Translations under genes and position numbers: made by a program
The notes under the pieces: model-generated
Databases searched by the model: none
Seen by the model: only the letters and a program-made list of their open reading frames with translations
What the model was told of the DNA's origin: nothing
Shown: one piece after another, positions 31,680 through 40,853 of the stretch
Layout of the letters: every line of letters starts with the position of its first letter
How positions within the stretch are numbered: the first letter of the stretch is position 1
From: an uncultured bacterium
Lineage (GTDB): Bacteria > Acidobacteriota > Thermoanaerobaculia > Multivoradales > JAHZIX01
Direction of reading: 5' to 3'
Assembly: GCA_965368975.1 (NCBI GenBank)
Contig: CBDUPA010000021.1
Coordinates: 1-64,000, forward strand
DNA length: 64,000 nt

Positions 31680-34600
31680 ATGCCACTGCGCCACCGCCTC
31701 TCCACCCTCCTGCTCTTCATGGTGCACCTGCTGGCCACCAGCGGAGCCGGCTGGGCTGAAGCGCCGATCATCTCCGGCCGCGTGCTGGACGCCAGCGGAC
31801 AGCCACTGGCTGGCGTGACCGTCACGCTGCTGCCGGTACCCGGGCTCTACGAGCAGAGCTTCCTCGAAGCGCAGCGCCACACCCGTCCACCAGCCGCGGC
31901 GGTGAGCGAAACGGATCTAGACGGAGGCTTCCAGCTGCGGGCGCCGGACGTTGGGATGTGGCGCCTCGAAGTCGGGGGCCGCGGCCGAGAAGTGCGCACC
32001 TGGCCGCTGTACCCACTCACCGGCGACGTGCGGTTGCCGCCCGCTCACCTGCGCCCGGTGCAGTCCCTGGAAGTCCAGCTGCTGAACAACGAGGGTGTGC
32101 GCCCCCTCGACGGCCTCGTACTCGTCTCGCCGCTCGGCAAGGACGCCCGTGCCTGGCTGCCGGCTCCCAACGGCGGCTGGCCCGACGTCGACGGACGCAT
32201 CCTGCTCAACGTCGATCGTGATCGCTCCTTGCAGCTCCTCGCCTGGGCACCGGGGCACCAGGAAGTCGAAACCCGCCTCGAAGCTGGCACGAGCTTCCAT
32301 CTACAGCGGCTGTCGACCGCGCGCCGCGTGCTGCTCGAAGTGCAACAGGCCGCGCCGCCGGATACTGGGCCGGACACCACGGCAACCGCCACCACGGTAG
32401 CAAGCACCAGCGCGGCAACGGACACCAGCGCAAGTGCCCTTGCAGCCTCGTCGGTCGCTGTGCGAGCCGGCAAGACCAGCTGGTTTGTCGGCCACACCAA
32501 CCTCGGTGGCCAGCTCCGTGCCGCCGCGGCCCCCGACCACCGAGCGCCCCTGTGGCTCCAAGCCGAGGATGGCTCCGCACTCTCGATCCGGCTCCCTGTC
32601 GTCGACCCCCATCGTTCTGCACAGGCCGTGCCCCTCCAACTGCAGCCTCCGTGGCGCGTCCGCGGCCGAACCATTGATGCCAGCAGCAGCACTCCCGTGG
32701 CCGGGGCCTGGATCTGGTTCGAAGACGACCCCGGAGCCGCGGTGCAGAGCGGAACGGACGGCAGCTTCGAACTGGTGATCCCGTCCACCGACCAGGCCAC
32801 ACGCCGCGTGCGAGTTGGCGCCGACGGCTACACACCGGGGATCGAGGACTTGCGTCAGGCACCGACAGACTGGACCTTGAGCCTGCAGCGCAGCCTGACG
32901 TTCGGTGGTCGCGTGGTCGACGCTGGCGGCCAGCCGGTCGCAGGGGTTGACGTCTACGCCGTCGACCCTCAGCACCAGGCGCCGCTGACCTACGCCGAGA
33001 GCGGCGTCGACGGCCGCTTTGCACTTTCCAACCTGGCTGCCAGTACTCGCTACCGTCTCCACGCCAGCCACCGCGAGCACAGCGCCGTCCAGACCGAGTC
33101 CAACACCGGCACTTGGCCACGCGACCTGGTACTGCAGCTCGGACCAGTACGACAGCTGGTCGGTCGTACCCTCGACGCCGCGGGCAACCCGCTCGGCGGG
33201 GTCGAGGTCACGCTCTTCACGCTGCAACCGCGCCTCGTCGGCAGCGATGTCTTCCACGGCGAGTCCGACGCCGACGGCCGCTTCGGGCTGACCAGCATCC
33301 CGGACGGCGAATACCATCTGCGAGCCCAATTACCCGGCTACCTGCCGGCGCAGCGTGAAGGTCTGCACCTGGCGGCAAACAGCGACCCAGAATCCGGCCG
33401 CCGCGACGTCGGCACCCTGGTCCTGCACCCCGCCACCAACCTGTTCGGCCAGATCACCCGCGAGGGCAACAGTCCCGTGCCGGAGGTCGAGATCCTGGTG
33501 GTCGACGACGAGACCGGACGTGAACTCGCCAAGGGCCGCTCCGACACCGGCGGCGGATACGAGATCCTGAGCTTGCCGACCGGCCGCCTGGTCACCGTCG
33601 AGCTGGTGTGCGACGGCTTCCTCCCCGCTCGCTTCACCGGAATTCCCTTGCCCCACGATGGCGCCCTCGACCTGCAGCTGATTCCCGAGAGTCGACTCAG
33701 CGGCTCCGTCATCGACCACCGAGGCCAGGCCCTCCCCGGCGCCTCCGTGCGTCTGCTACCCGCGAACACCGAGACGCCAGCCGCTCGGCTGCGCCGCGGC
33801 TACTTCCAGCGCCCGCGAGAGCAGACCTCGAATGCCGAGGGCAACTTCCGCTTCGTCAACCTGCTTCCGGGCTCCTACCGGTTGCAGGTACGCCTGCGCG
33901 GTTACAAGCCCTTCGAGGGCAACGTGGTACTAGCACCCGGCGTACACCGCGAGGACGTGCGCCTACCCTTGGAAACCGGTGCCGTGCTCGAGGGCCGGGT
34001 CCTCTCAGCAGACGGTCAGCCGATCGAATCGGCGGAACTGCAAGTCGTCCCCGGCCGCGCGGACCTCGTAGCCGCCGCGAACTCCTTGGTCACCTACAGC
34101 GGCCCCGGCGGCATCTATCGCTTCGACGAGTTGCCCATCAACCGCGTCGCCGTCACAGTGCAGCATCCAGAGCACCCGCCCCTGACCGAGATCATCGAAC
34201 TAGCCGGTGAGGCCCAGACCCACGATTTCGTCATGGGCGAGGTGCTGCACATCAGCGGCACCGTGCTGCTGCCCGACGGTAGCCCAGCCATCGGCGCCAA
34301 CGTCCTGGCCGCCAATCGACGGCTCGAACGGGCAGCGACCTCCGGAAGTCCAGACGGCCGTTTCCGCGTCGACGCGCTGGGTGCAGGCACCTACGAACTC
34401 GTCGCTTCCCTGCCCGGCTACCCGCTGGCACGCCTGGAGGATCCCGTGGAACTGCTCGGCAACTCGGAGGAGGGTGTGCTACTGCGCCTCAGCGCCAGCA
34501 CGCGGGTGAGCGGACGCATCTTCGGCCTGCAGCCGGAAGAACTGTCCGCTCTGCGCATCCATGCCAGCTCCGGCGTCCTCCATGCCGAAGGTCGTTTGGG

Positions 34601-35267
34601 TGCGGACGGCAACTACGAGATCGAAGACCTGACCACCGGTACCTGGCGTATCGAAGCGTGGCAGATGGAAGACGGCCGGCGCGTCCACGAAGACCTTGAC
34701 CTCTTCGAGGGCGACGACAAGACCCTCGACTTGACCTTCCCCGCAGCCTACAGCATCTCCGGACGCGTGCTCTACCGCGGAGAACCAGTGCCCGCGGCCC
34801 TGGTCGGCGTGCTCGGCTCCGAGACGCGTACCGAGACCGACTACCTGGGCCAGTTCCACCTGCCCAAGGTGCCGGAAGGCGAGCGTGCACTGACCGTCTT
34901 TGCACCCGCACGGGGTCTCGAGCACCGAGAAGAACTTCAGGTCGACCGCGACCTCCAGGTGCAGGTAGTTCTGGCTTCGCAGCAGGTCATCGGCCAGGTT
35001 CTCGACGCCACCACGGGTGAACCGCTCCGCGGTTTCCCGGTCTACCTGCAGTGGAACGGCGACCCGTCGTCACCGTGGAACGAGGTACGACCCAGCGCCA
35101 CGACCAACGCCGCCGGCAACTTCCGGATCACCGGTGTACCTCCTGGCTCCTGGGGCGTCGTCGGCTGGCATCCAGCGTATCTGCCGGAGGTGCTGCAGAT
35201 CGAAGTACGGCGAGGCAACGATGTTTCGGGTTTGACGCTCCAGATGCGCCAACCTGCACAGCGCTGA
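31680..35267 (+). CDS. Second carboxypeptidase-regulatory-like repeat protein (about 1195 aa)
   Basis: Signal peptide ending GAGWA; same repeated modules (SGRVLDASGQPLAGVTV; SDADGRFGLTSIPDGEYHL). Start ATG 31680 or TTG 31653. Confidence 0.8.
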   Translation: MPLRHRLSTLLLFMVHLLATSGAGWAEAPIISGRVLDASGQPLAGVTVTLLPVPGLYEQSFLEAQRHTRPPAAAVSETDLDGGFQLRAPDVGMWRLEVGGRGREVRTWPLYPLTGDVRLPPAHLRPVQSLEVQLLNNEGVRPLDGLVLVSPLGKDARAWLPAPNGGWPDVDGRILLNVDRDRSLQLLAWAPGHQEVETRLEAGTSFHLQRLSTARRVLLEVQQAAPPDTGPDTTATATTVASTSAATDTSASALAASSVAVRAGKTSWFVGHTNLGGQLRAAAAPDHRAPLWLQAEDGSALSIRLPVVDPHRSAQAVPLQLQPPWRVRGRTIDASSSTPVAGAWIWFEDDPGAAVQSGTDGSFELVIPSTDQATRRVRVGADGYTPGIEDLRQAPTDWTLSLQRSLTFGGRVVDAGGQPVAGVDVYAVDPQHQAPLTYAESGVDGRFALSNLAASTRYRLHASHREHSAVQTESNTGTWPRDLVLQLGPVRQLVGRTLDAAGNPLGGVEVTLFTLQPRLVGSDVFHGESDADGRFGLTSIPDGEYHLRAQLPGYLPAQREGLHLAANSDPESGRRDVGTLVLHPATNLFGQITREGNSPVPEVEILVVDDETGRELAKGRSDTGGGYEILSLPTGRLVTVELVCDGFLPARFTGIPLPHDGALDLQLIPESRLSGSVIDHRGQALPGASVRLLPANTETPAARLRRGYFQRPREQTSNAEGNFRFVNLLPGSYRLQVRLRGYKPFEGNVVLAPGVHREDVRLPLETGAVLEGRVLSADGQPIESAELQVVPGRADLVAAANSLVTYSGPGGIYRFDELPINRVAVTVQHPEHPPLTEIIELAGEAQTHDFVMGEVLHISGTVLLPDGSPAIGANVLAANRRLERAATSGSPDGRFRVDALGAGTYELVASLPGYPLARLEDPVELLGNSEEGVLLRLSASTRVSGRIFGLQPEELSALRIHASSGVLHAEGRLGADGNYEIEDLTTGTWRIEAWQMEDGRRVHEDLDLFEGDDKTLDLTFPAAYSISGRVLYRGEPVPAALVGVLGSETRTETDYLGQFHLPKVPEGERALTVFAPARGLEHREELQVDRDLQVQVVLASQQVIGQVLDATTGEPLRGFPVYLQWNGDPSSPWNEVRPSATTNAAGNFRITGVPPGSWGVVGWHPAYLPEVLQIEVRRGNDVSGLTLQMRQPAQR

Positions 35268-35326
35268 CGGTCGCCCTTGGAAGAGCACCCCTATGTAGTC
35301 TGGAGTGGTCCCGGCCTCGGAATTAC

Positions 35327-35355
35327 TTGACCAGAAATCATATCTATTCTAGTCT
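35327..35355 (+). promoter_or_regulatory. Sigma70-like promoter of the TA operon, possibly leaderless
   Basis: TTGACC-17 nt-TAGTCT; ATG 35362 lies 6 nt after the -10 box, with no Shine-Dalgarno. Confidence 0.45.
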
Positions 35356-35361
35356 CATTTC

Positions 35362-35769
35362 ATGGACATGAAAGATCGACCCTATGATCTGACCCCACCC
35401 AAGGCCAACCTGGTGAGCGACGCGCGCTCTGGTTCTTCCTCCGGCGTTCGTCCAGCTGCTCCGACCTGGAAGGAAGACACGAGCTGGCAGGAAAACACCG
35501 CCTGGAAGGTCGGGCAGGCCAAGCAGCACTTGCCGGAACTGCTGCGCCGTGTCGAGGAGGAACCCCAAGTGATCTGTAAACGAACCACTCCTGTTGCCGC
35601 CGTCGTGCGCTATGACGACTTCCTGGAGTTCCAAACCTGGAAGCAGAAGCACCAGAAGCGCCCCCTGGCCGCGATCATTGAGGGCCTGACCGCCGCTTGC
35701 GCCGAAGCGGACTTCACGCTGGAAATCCCCGAGCGCCGCAACCGACTGACACCCTTCGACGAGCTATGA
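35362..35769 (+). CDS. Phd/YefM-family antitoxin with N-terminal extension
   Basis: WKVGQAKQHLPELLRRVEEEPQVICKRTTPVAAVV; ATGA overlap with the PIN toxin. Confidence 0.8.
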   Translation: MDMKDRPYDLTPPKANLVSDARSGSSSGVRPAAPTWKEDTSWQENTAWKVGQAKQHLPELLRRVEEEPQVICKRTTPVAAVVRYDDFLEFQTWKQKHQKRPLAAIIEGLTAACAEADFTLEIPERRNRLTPFDEL

Positions 35770-36170
35770 GCTTCCTTTGTGACACCAACGTGGTCAGTGA
35801 GCTGGCCAAGCCACGACCGCATGCCGGCGTGGTGCGCTGGATGCAGGACTTGCCCGTCCTTTTCCTGAGCGCCATCAGCGTCGAAGAAATGAGCTACGGC
35901 CTGCAGCGACTGCCCGCAGGTAACTCGAGCCAGCGCATCCGCGTCTGGCTCGAACAGCTCCTCGACGCCGCCGAGATCCTCCCGATCACCGCCGACATCG
36001 CCCGCCGTGCCGGTCACCTACGCGGCCGCTTCGCCGCCCAAGGCCAGACCCGCAGTCAAGCCGACCTGCTGATCGCCGCCACCGCCCAACTCGGCTCGAT
36101 GACCGTCGTAACCCGCAACACTCGGGACTTCGAAGGCTGTCAGGTGCCGGTGTTCGATCCCTTCGACTGA
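35766..36170 (+). CDS. vapC: VapC-family PIN-domain toxin
   Basis: FLCDTNVVSEL, SAISVEEM, DLLIAATA, VVTRNTRDF. Confidence 0.92.
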   Translation: MSFLCDTNVVSELAKPRPHAGVVRWMQDLPVLFLSAISVEEMSYGLQRLPAGNSSQRIRVWLEQLLDAAEILPITADIARRAGHLRGRFAAQGQTRSQADLLIAATAQLGSMTVVTRNTRDFEGCQVPVFDPFD

Positions 36171-36199
36171 CTCACGAACCCGTTCAAGTCAAAACTGGC

Positions 36200-36850
36200 T
36201 CAGCGGCTCCGCATTCCGACCACATAGACACCGGCAGCAGCCAAATCCTCGTGCGCCCGCAGTTCCCTCGACTGCTGCTGATGCCGGTAGCGGTAGCCCA
36301 GACTCGGTAGGCGATCTCCGGCCAGCTGCAAGTAGACGGGCTCCGCAGTGTCTTCCAGCGCTGCGGCCAGCAAGTGCAGGCCATCGTATAAGTCCTGAGT
36401 GTCTTCGAGGGCTTGTGCATCCGGCAGCAACTCCCGTAAAAGAACGGTGCCATCCCCCGGTACCGAATCGGACGTCTTGCCGAGATGAGAGCGCTCGACG
36501 GCTTCCCACAGTGAGTCAGGGTCGCGGGTGAAATCCTGCACCAGCTCCAGATGGCCGCGGAAGGCCAAGACAGCGATCCGCTCGTCCTCTTTGAGGCCAC
36601 CGATCATGCCCAGCCAGCGATCGCGCTGGCGCTGGAAGGCTCGAATGCGCTCCTCGCTGACGGGACCGTCTTGGACGACCAAGACGATCACGTGTTTGGC
36701 TTCCGGAATCCCGTCGGCACGCACCGGTACATCCTCGGTATCCTGATCTGCGCTCACCACCGACGCCAGGGCCAAACCGAGCCCCAGACCAAAACACACC
36801 AGTGCATGACGCGCGAGGCGGCGAAAACGAGGTCCGAGGTGCTTGTGCAT
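36200..36850 (-). CDS. Secreted protein with partial VWA-related domain
   Basis: Signal peptide; ERIAVLAFRGHLELVQDFTRDPDSLWEAV resembles acidobacterial VWA-related proteins. Confidence 0.55.
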   Translation of the reverse strand: MHKHLGPRFRRLARHALVCFGLGLGLALASVVSADQDTEDVPVRADGIPEAKHVIVLVVQDGPVSEERIRAFQRQRDRWLGMIGGLKEDERIAVLAFRGHLELVQDFTRDPDSLWEAVERSHLGKTSDSVPGDGTVLLRELLPDAQALEDTQDLYDGLHLLAAALEDTAEPVYLQLAGDRLPSLGYRYRHQQQSRELRAHEDLAAAGVYVVGMRSR

Positions 36851-36894
36851 GTTCGATTCCCTTTCGTACCGCCTCGAAAACGTCGCGGCGGCGG

Positions 36895-38286
36895 TTACAG
36901 GCGCCAGCGGAGGGTGGTGAGGAACTCATCGAGTTCGAACTCTCCACCTTTAGGGGTGATCGTGGTGACATCCGCATACTCGACGGTGATGTCGATACCT
37001 TCGATGACTGTCAAGCGCAGGCCGTAGTCCAGCTTCTCCCAGTCCCAGCGAAGGACTATCGCCGGATTGGGACGGTTCGATATGGCTGTGCCGATCGGGC
37101 CGACATCCATCTCCGAGTAGCGCAGCGTTGGCGCCAAGAACGGAAACAGCTGGCGGCCAGCCAGAGACCACCGTAGCGGGAACTCGAATCGGTAGCTCAG
37201 CTCAACTTCCCAGCCGTCACGTTCGATGCCAGCGACTTCCTGATCAGCATACTGACCGAAGAAAGTCAGCTGGTCCCAGTACAACCAGAGATTGACCCCG
37301 GTTTCTTCCTTCTCATCGCTAGTGAGCAGGAATGAGAACGGAATCCCGGTGTCATCCAATTCCGGACCATCGAGCAGATCGAGGTCACCGCCGTAGAAGG
37401 TCCCCTTCAAGGGCACCGTCTCGGCAAGATTTCGCTCGTAGTGCCACAGCAGGAAATCTCCCGTACGGCGGCCATCGGAGCTACCGAACCTCACTCCCAG
37501 CCCGTAGCCGACTTCCAGATCGCCATCGACATCGAGGTTCTCGACTTCGGCATCGTAGAGAAAGTGAAAGCCCGAACCCAAGGCATCTTCCGTCTCATCT
37601 TCAAGACCATTGTCACCGGCAAGAGCGTTGACATCACGGAAAAACAGCGGGTTTCCCTGCGTCAGCGAGACCTTGGCGTAGAGGTACCGGCCCAGGTCGG
37701 CACCCACTTCGAGCCCCGTGTCCTCGAGCCGATTGAACGCCGTGGAGATTAGGCCATAGCTCTCCAGATGGCGATCATCCTGACGTTCGAAGTGAGCGAA
37801 CTTGCCGATCTTCACGTAGTAGCCAGGACGCTCTGGAATCACCGCCGGTTCCGTCTCCCGCCCAAAGCGTAGCCATAGCTCATCGACATCGACCTCACGG
37901 TCACCAGAGGTCGGATTGCGCTCGTAAAGGTCGATGACGTCCACCTTGGCATGAGCCGTCACCGTGTCGGCCCACTCCGCGGTGAACAACAAGGAGAGCA
38001 ACGAAACCTCGAAACTACTGCCTGGGTCGACGGTCTCGATGGGTAGCGCTCTACCAGCTAGATCCGAGGGGGCGTCGCTGGGAAAGACAAAGGCGGCCGA
38101 CTCGGCCTCGCTATCCCGGAAGTGTGTTTTCGCTTCCACCCCCCAGGTCAGCCGCACCTCCGAGGCTCCCTCGGCCGAAGCACCCTCACCCTCTTGGAAG
38201 TACTCCGGCTCCTGCGCGACGGCGGCCAATACCGTCAGCGCCATGACCACGACGCTTACAATCCAACTGCGCATGCAGATCATCAT
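36895..38286 (-). CDS. Outer-membrane beta-barrel protein
   Basis: Start at MMICMRSW after GAGAGAGGA; signal peptide; VDELWLRFG and VKIGKF porin-like strands; C-terminal TTLRWRL. Confidence 0.7.
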   Translation of the reverse strand: MMICMRSWIVSVVVMALTVLAAVAQEPEYFQEGEGASAEGASEVRLTWGVEAKTHFRDSEAESAAFVFPSDAPSDLAGRALPIETVDPGSSFEVSLLSLLFTAEWADTVTAHAKVDVIDLYERNPTSGDREVDVDELWLRFGRETEPAVIPERPGYYVKIGKFAHFERQDDRHLESYGLISTAFNRLEDTGLEVGADLGRYLYAKVSLTQGNPLFFRDVNALAGDNGLEDETEDALGSGFHFLYDAEVENLDVDGDLEVGYGLGVRFGSSDGRRTGDFLLWHYERNLAETVPLKGTFYGGDLDLLDGPELDDTGIPFSFLLTSDEKEETGVNLWLYWDQLTFFGQYADQEVAGIERDGWEVELSYRFEFPLRWSLAGRQLFPFLAPTLRYSEMDVGPIGTAISNRPNPAIVLRWDWEKLDYGLRLTVIEGIDITVEYADVTTITPKGGEFELDEFLTTLRWRL

Positions 38287-38347
38287 TGAATCCTCTCTCT
38301 CCGTACCGTTTCCCGAGCGCTCGGACCTATCTGACCAGTGGATCCGC

Positions 38348-39199
38348 TCAGCGCCCGGTGAGCACGAACTGCAGCGCCCGATCCGGGTTGCTCCACTGTC
38401 CACGCTCCAGCCGGCCAACTTCCTTGCCGCGCACGTAGACAATACCGGTCGGAACTCCGGTGATACCGTTCTTCTTGGCTTCCGGCTCGTCCGTGAAGCC
38501 CTGCGGCAAGCCGTAATAGTCAATGTCGATGTTGGGGTTGTTCAGCTCGTCCTCTACCTTCAGCAGGCGCGGCACGAAGCGTTTGCAGAAGTCGCACCAA
38601 GAGCCGAAGTACACGACCACGCGTACCTCGTAGTCGAAGCTCTCCAGCACCGGCAACGCCGACGGATCTGGCGTGTAGTCTTCAGCCGTGCGGCCGTAGG
38701 CCGGGTTGTACGACAGCAGATCCGAACGCTCCTGCAGACCCAGCAAGGGCGGCTTCTCGCGCAGCAGCACGGTACGGCCACCAGCGGTGAAAGTGATGCC
38801 CCCCTCACCAAAGTCGAAGGCCCCGACCGGGATCAACTGTGCTTCGGCAAGCACGTCGATCGAGCCCGTGGGACGCACGGCCAAGTTCATGAAGCTGACC
38901 GACGACACGCTGCCCGTGCGCGGACTGACGATCATCGGTGCTTCGAGACTGGGGGACTGCACCATGAGGGCACCCGCGGAACGTGAGCTGAAGACCTTGG
39001 CCGCCGAGTCGGCCTGGCCGTCGATCAACACGTCGAAGTCACCGATCGGCACGAAGTCGCGCAGCACCGGGTCGGCTTCCCCCTGGGCGAGGACCGGGGA
39101 AGCACTCGACAGAGCGACGGCCAGAGCAAGGGCGGCCAAGCCGAGAAGAGCGGCAGCAGAGAGAGAGAGAAGGGAGGCGGAAACGGAACGAGGAGTCAT
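38348..39199 (-). CDS. Exported thioredoxin-family protein
   Basis: Signal peptide; YFGSWCDFC and cis-Pro GVPT in the C-terminal domain. Confidence 0.85.
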   Translation of the reverse strand: MTPRSVSASLLSLSAAALLGLAALALAVALSSASPVLAQGEADPVLRDFVPIGDFDVLIDGQADSAAKVFSSRSAGALMVQSPSLEAPMIVSPRTGSVSSVSFMNLAVRPTGSIDVLAEAQLIPVGAFDFGEGGITFTAGGRTVLLREKPPLLGLQERSDLLSYNPAYGRTAEDYTPDPSALPVLESFDYEVRVVVYFGSWCDFCKRFVPRLLKVEDELNNPNIDIDYYGLPQGFTDEPEAKKNGITGVPTGIVYVRGKEVGRLERGQWSNPDRALQFVLTGR

Positions 39200-39241
39200 G
39201 GCATCTCCTATCGATGAGATGGTTCGGTTCAGCTGGAGGGA

Positions 39242-40282
39242 TTAGCCCTGAGGAACCGGCGTGCCGGATTCCGAGGCCAGATGGTCCAAGGGTGGCAGGC
39301 CAGACCAGGTCTTGACGACGCGGCCGTCCTCGACCAGGAAAGATCTCGGCAGGCGCCGGTACAGCGGTGTCAACAACGCGGACGGCGCTTCGCGAATTTC
39401 GAACGCGGGTCCCCAGCTCCAGAAGAAGGTGCGCTTCTGTTCGGGCGTCGCGGCCGAGACCACCCAAGGGTGTGGCGGCGCTGGGTCCTGCACTTCTTGC
39501 AGCAAGGCGTAGTCGTTGAGCGCCTCGACGCCGGCCTCGAAGGCCGGATCCTCGAGCTCGGCCAGGATCACCACGTGTCGGCCGGACGCCAGTTCCGGGA
39601 CGACCAGGTCGAAGCAGATCTCTTCACCTTCGCTGCCGGCACAGATGGAGGCGGTCTCGACCCCGGGCTTGAGACGGGTGGCGAGATCGTCGAGTGGCAG
39701 GTCGGGAGCTTTCCAGGCGAGCAGCAGCACCGCGACGGTCAGCACGGCGACCGCAACGGTCCGCGGCGATTGCCAGCGCTGCGAGCCCCAGCGCCAGGCG
39801 AGACAGGCGAGTAGGAAGGGCGGCAGCAAGAGCAGCAAGTCTTGCCAGAAAGCCTCGGCCGGCGTGCGCTGCACCAGAGCACCGAAGCAGCCGCACTCGG
39901 CGTCATCTTCGAGCAGCCCTTGGGTCCAGCGCCAGTAGTTGCGACCGTTCAGATAGAGAAAGAAGGCCACCAGCAGTCCCGACGGCCACAGCACCCAGGG
40001 CCGGCGCAAGCCGAGCACCAGGGCGGCCCCCAGGGCGACTTCGAGCGCAAGCGCGATCATCGCCACGGTCGGCGCCGAAAGCAGGAAGTCCAGACCCTCG
40101 CGCGCGATCTGCTCGCTGAAGGCTACCGGATGGATCGCCTTGGCCCAGGCCGCGACGAGCAGTACCAGGCCGAGGATCAGCCCTCCTAGGTAGCCCAGCC
40201 ATCCCAACCAACGCGGCGTCTCGCGCGGTGGCGGCGTGTCTGGAACTTGGGTGGAGTCGGGAGTCGTGGCAGCGTCCTTCAT
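39242..40282 (-). CDS. MauE/DoxX-family redox-associated membrane protein
   Basis: LVAAWAKAIHP, ALEVALGAALVLG, ECGCFG; C-terminal thioredoxin-like tail (LPRSFLVEDGRVVKTW). Confidence 0.8.
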   Translation of the reverse strand: MKDAATTPDSTQVPDTPPPRETPRWLGWLGYLGGLILGLVLLVAAWAKAIHPVAFSEQIAREGLDFLLSAPTVAMIALALEVALGAALVLGLRRPWVLWPSGLLVAFFLYLNGRNYWRWTQGLLEDDAECGCFGALVQRTPAEAFWQDLLLLLPPFLLACLAWRWGSQRWQSPRTVAVAVLTVAVLLLAWKAPDLPLDDLATRLKPGVETASICAGSEGEEICFDLVVPELASGRHVVILAELEDPAFEAGVEALNDYALLQEVQDPAPPHPWVVSAATPEQKRTFFWSWGPAFEIREAPSALLTPLYRRLPRSFLVEDGRVVKTWSGLPPLDHLASESGTPVPQG

Positions 40283-40394
40283 TGCACGCGCATCCTAGCA
40301 GCTTGCGAAGCCCCAGGCACCCAGCCCCAGTAGCACTGGCAGAGCGCAACACCAAGAGCACGACGATAGAATCGAGCGCAAGGAGAAACCCGAG

Positions 40395-40853
40395 ATGACA
40401 TCGCGCAAGCAGAAGACCCTGATCGCCCTGGCCGTCCTGGGCCTCACCCTGCAATTCGTCCCCTACGGCCATGGCCGCGACAACCCGCCGGTGACGCAAG
40501 AGCCCCCTTGGGACTCGCCACGCACGCGTGAGCTGGCTGTGCGCGCCTGTTTCGACTGCCACAGCAATGAGACGCGCTGGCCCTGGTACGGCTACGTCGC
40601 ACCCATCTCGTGGCTGCTCGTCCACGACGTCGAGGACGGCCGGCGTCACCTCAATTTCTCCGAGTGGCAACGCCCACAGCGCCATGCACACGAGGCTGCC
40701 GAGGAGGTCGTCGAGGGCGAGATGCCGCTGTGGCAGTACGAGTTGCTGCACGGCGAAGCACGCTTGACGGAAGCTGAACGGGGAGAGTTGGTGCGCGGTC
40801 TGCAAAGGACCTTGAGCCTCCGTTCCCGACGGAGCGGCGAGTCAACAGACTGA
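40395..40853 (+). CDS. Heme-binding-domain c-type cytochrome
   Basis: RACFDCHSNETRWPWY, HLNFSEW, GEMPLWQY. Confidence 0.88.
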   Translation: MTSRKQKTLIALAVLGLTLQFVPYGHGRDNPPVTQEPPWDSPRTRELAVRACFDCHSNETRWPWYGYVAPISWLLVHDVEDGRRHLNFSEWQRPQRHAHEAAEEVVEGEMPLWQYELLHGEARLTEAERGELVRGLQRTLSLRSRRSGESTD

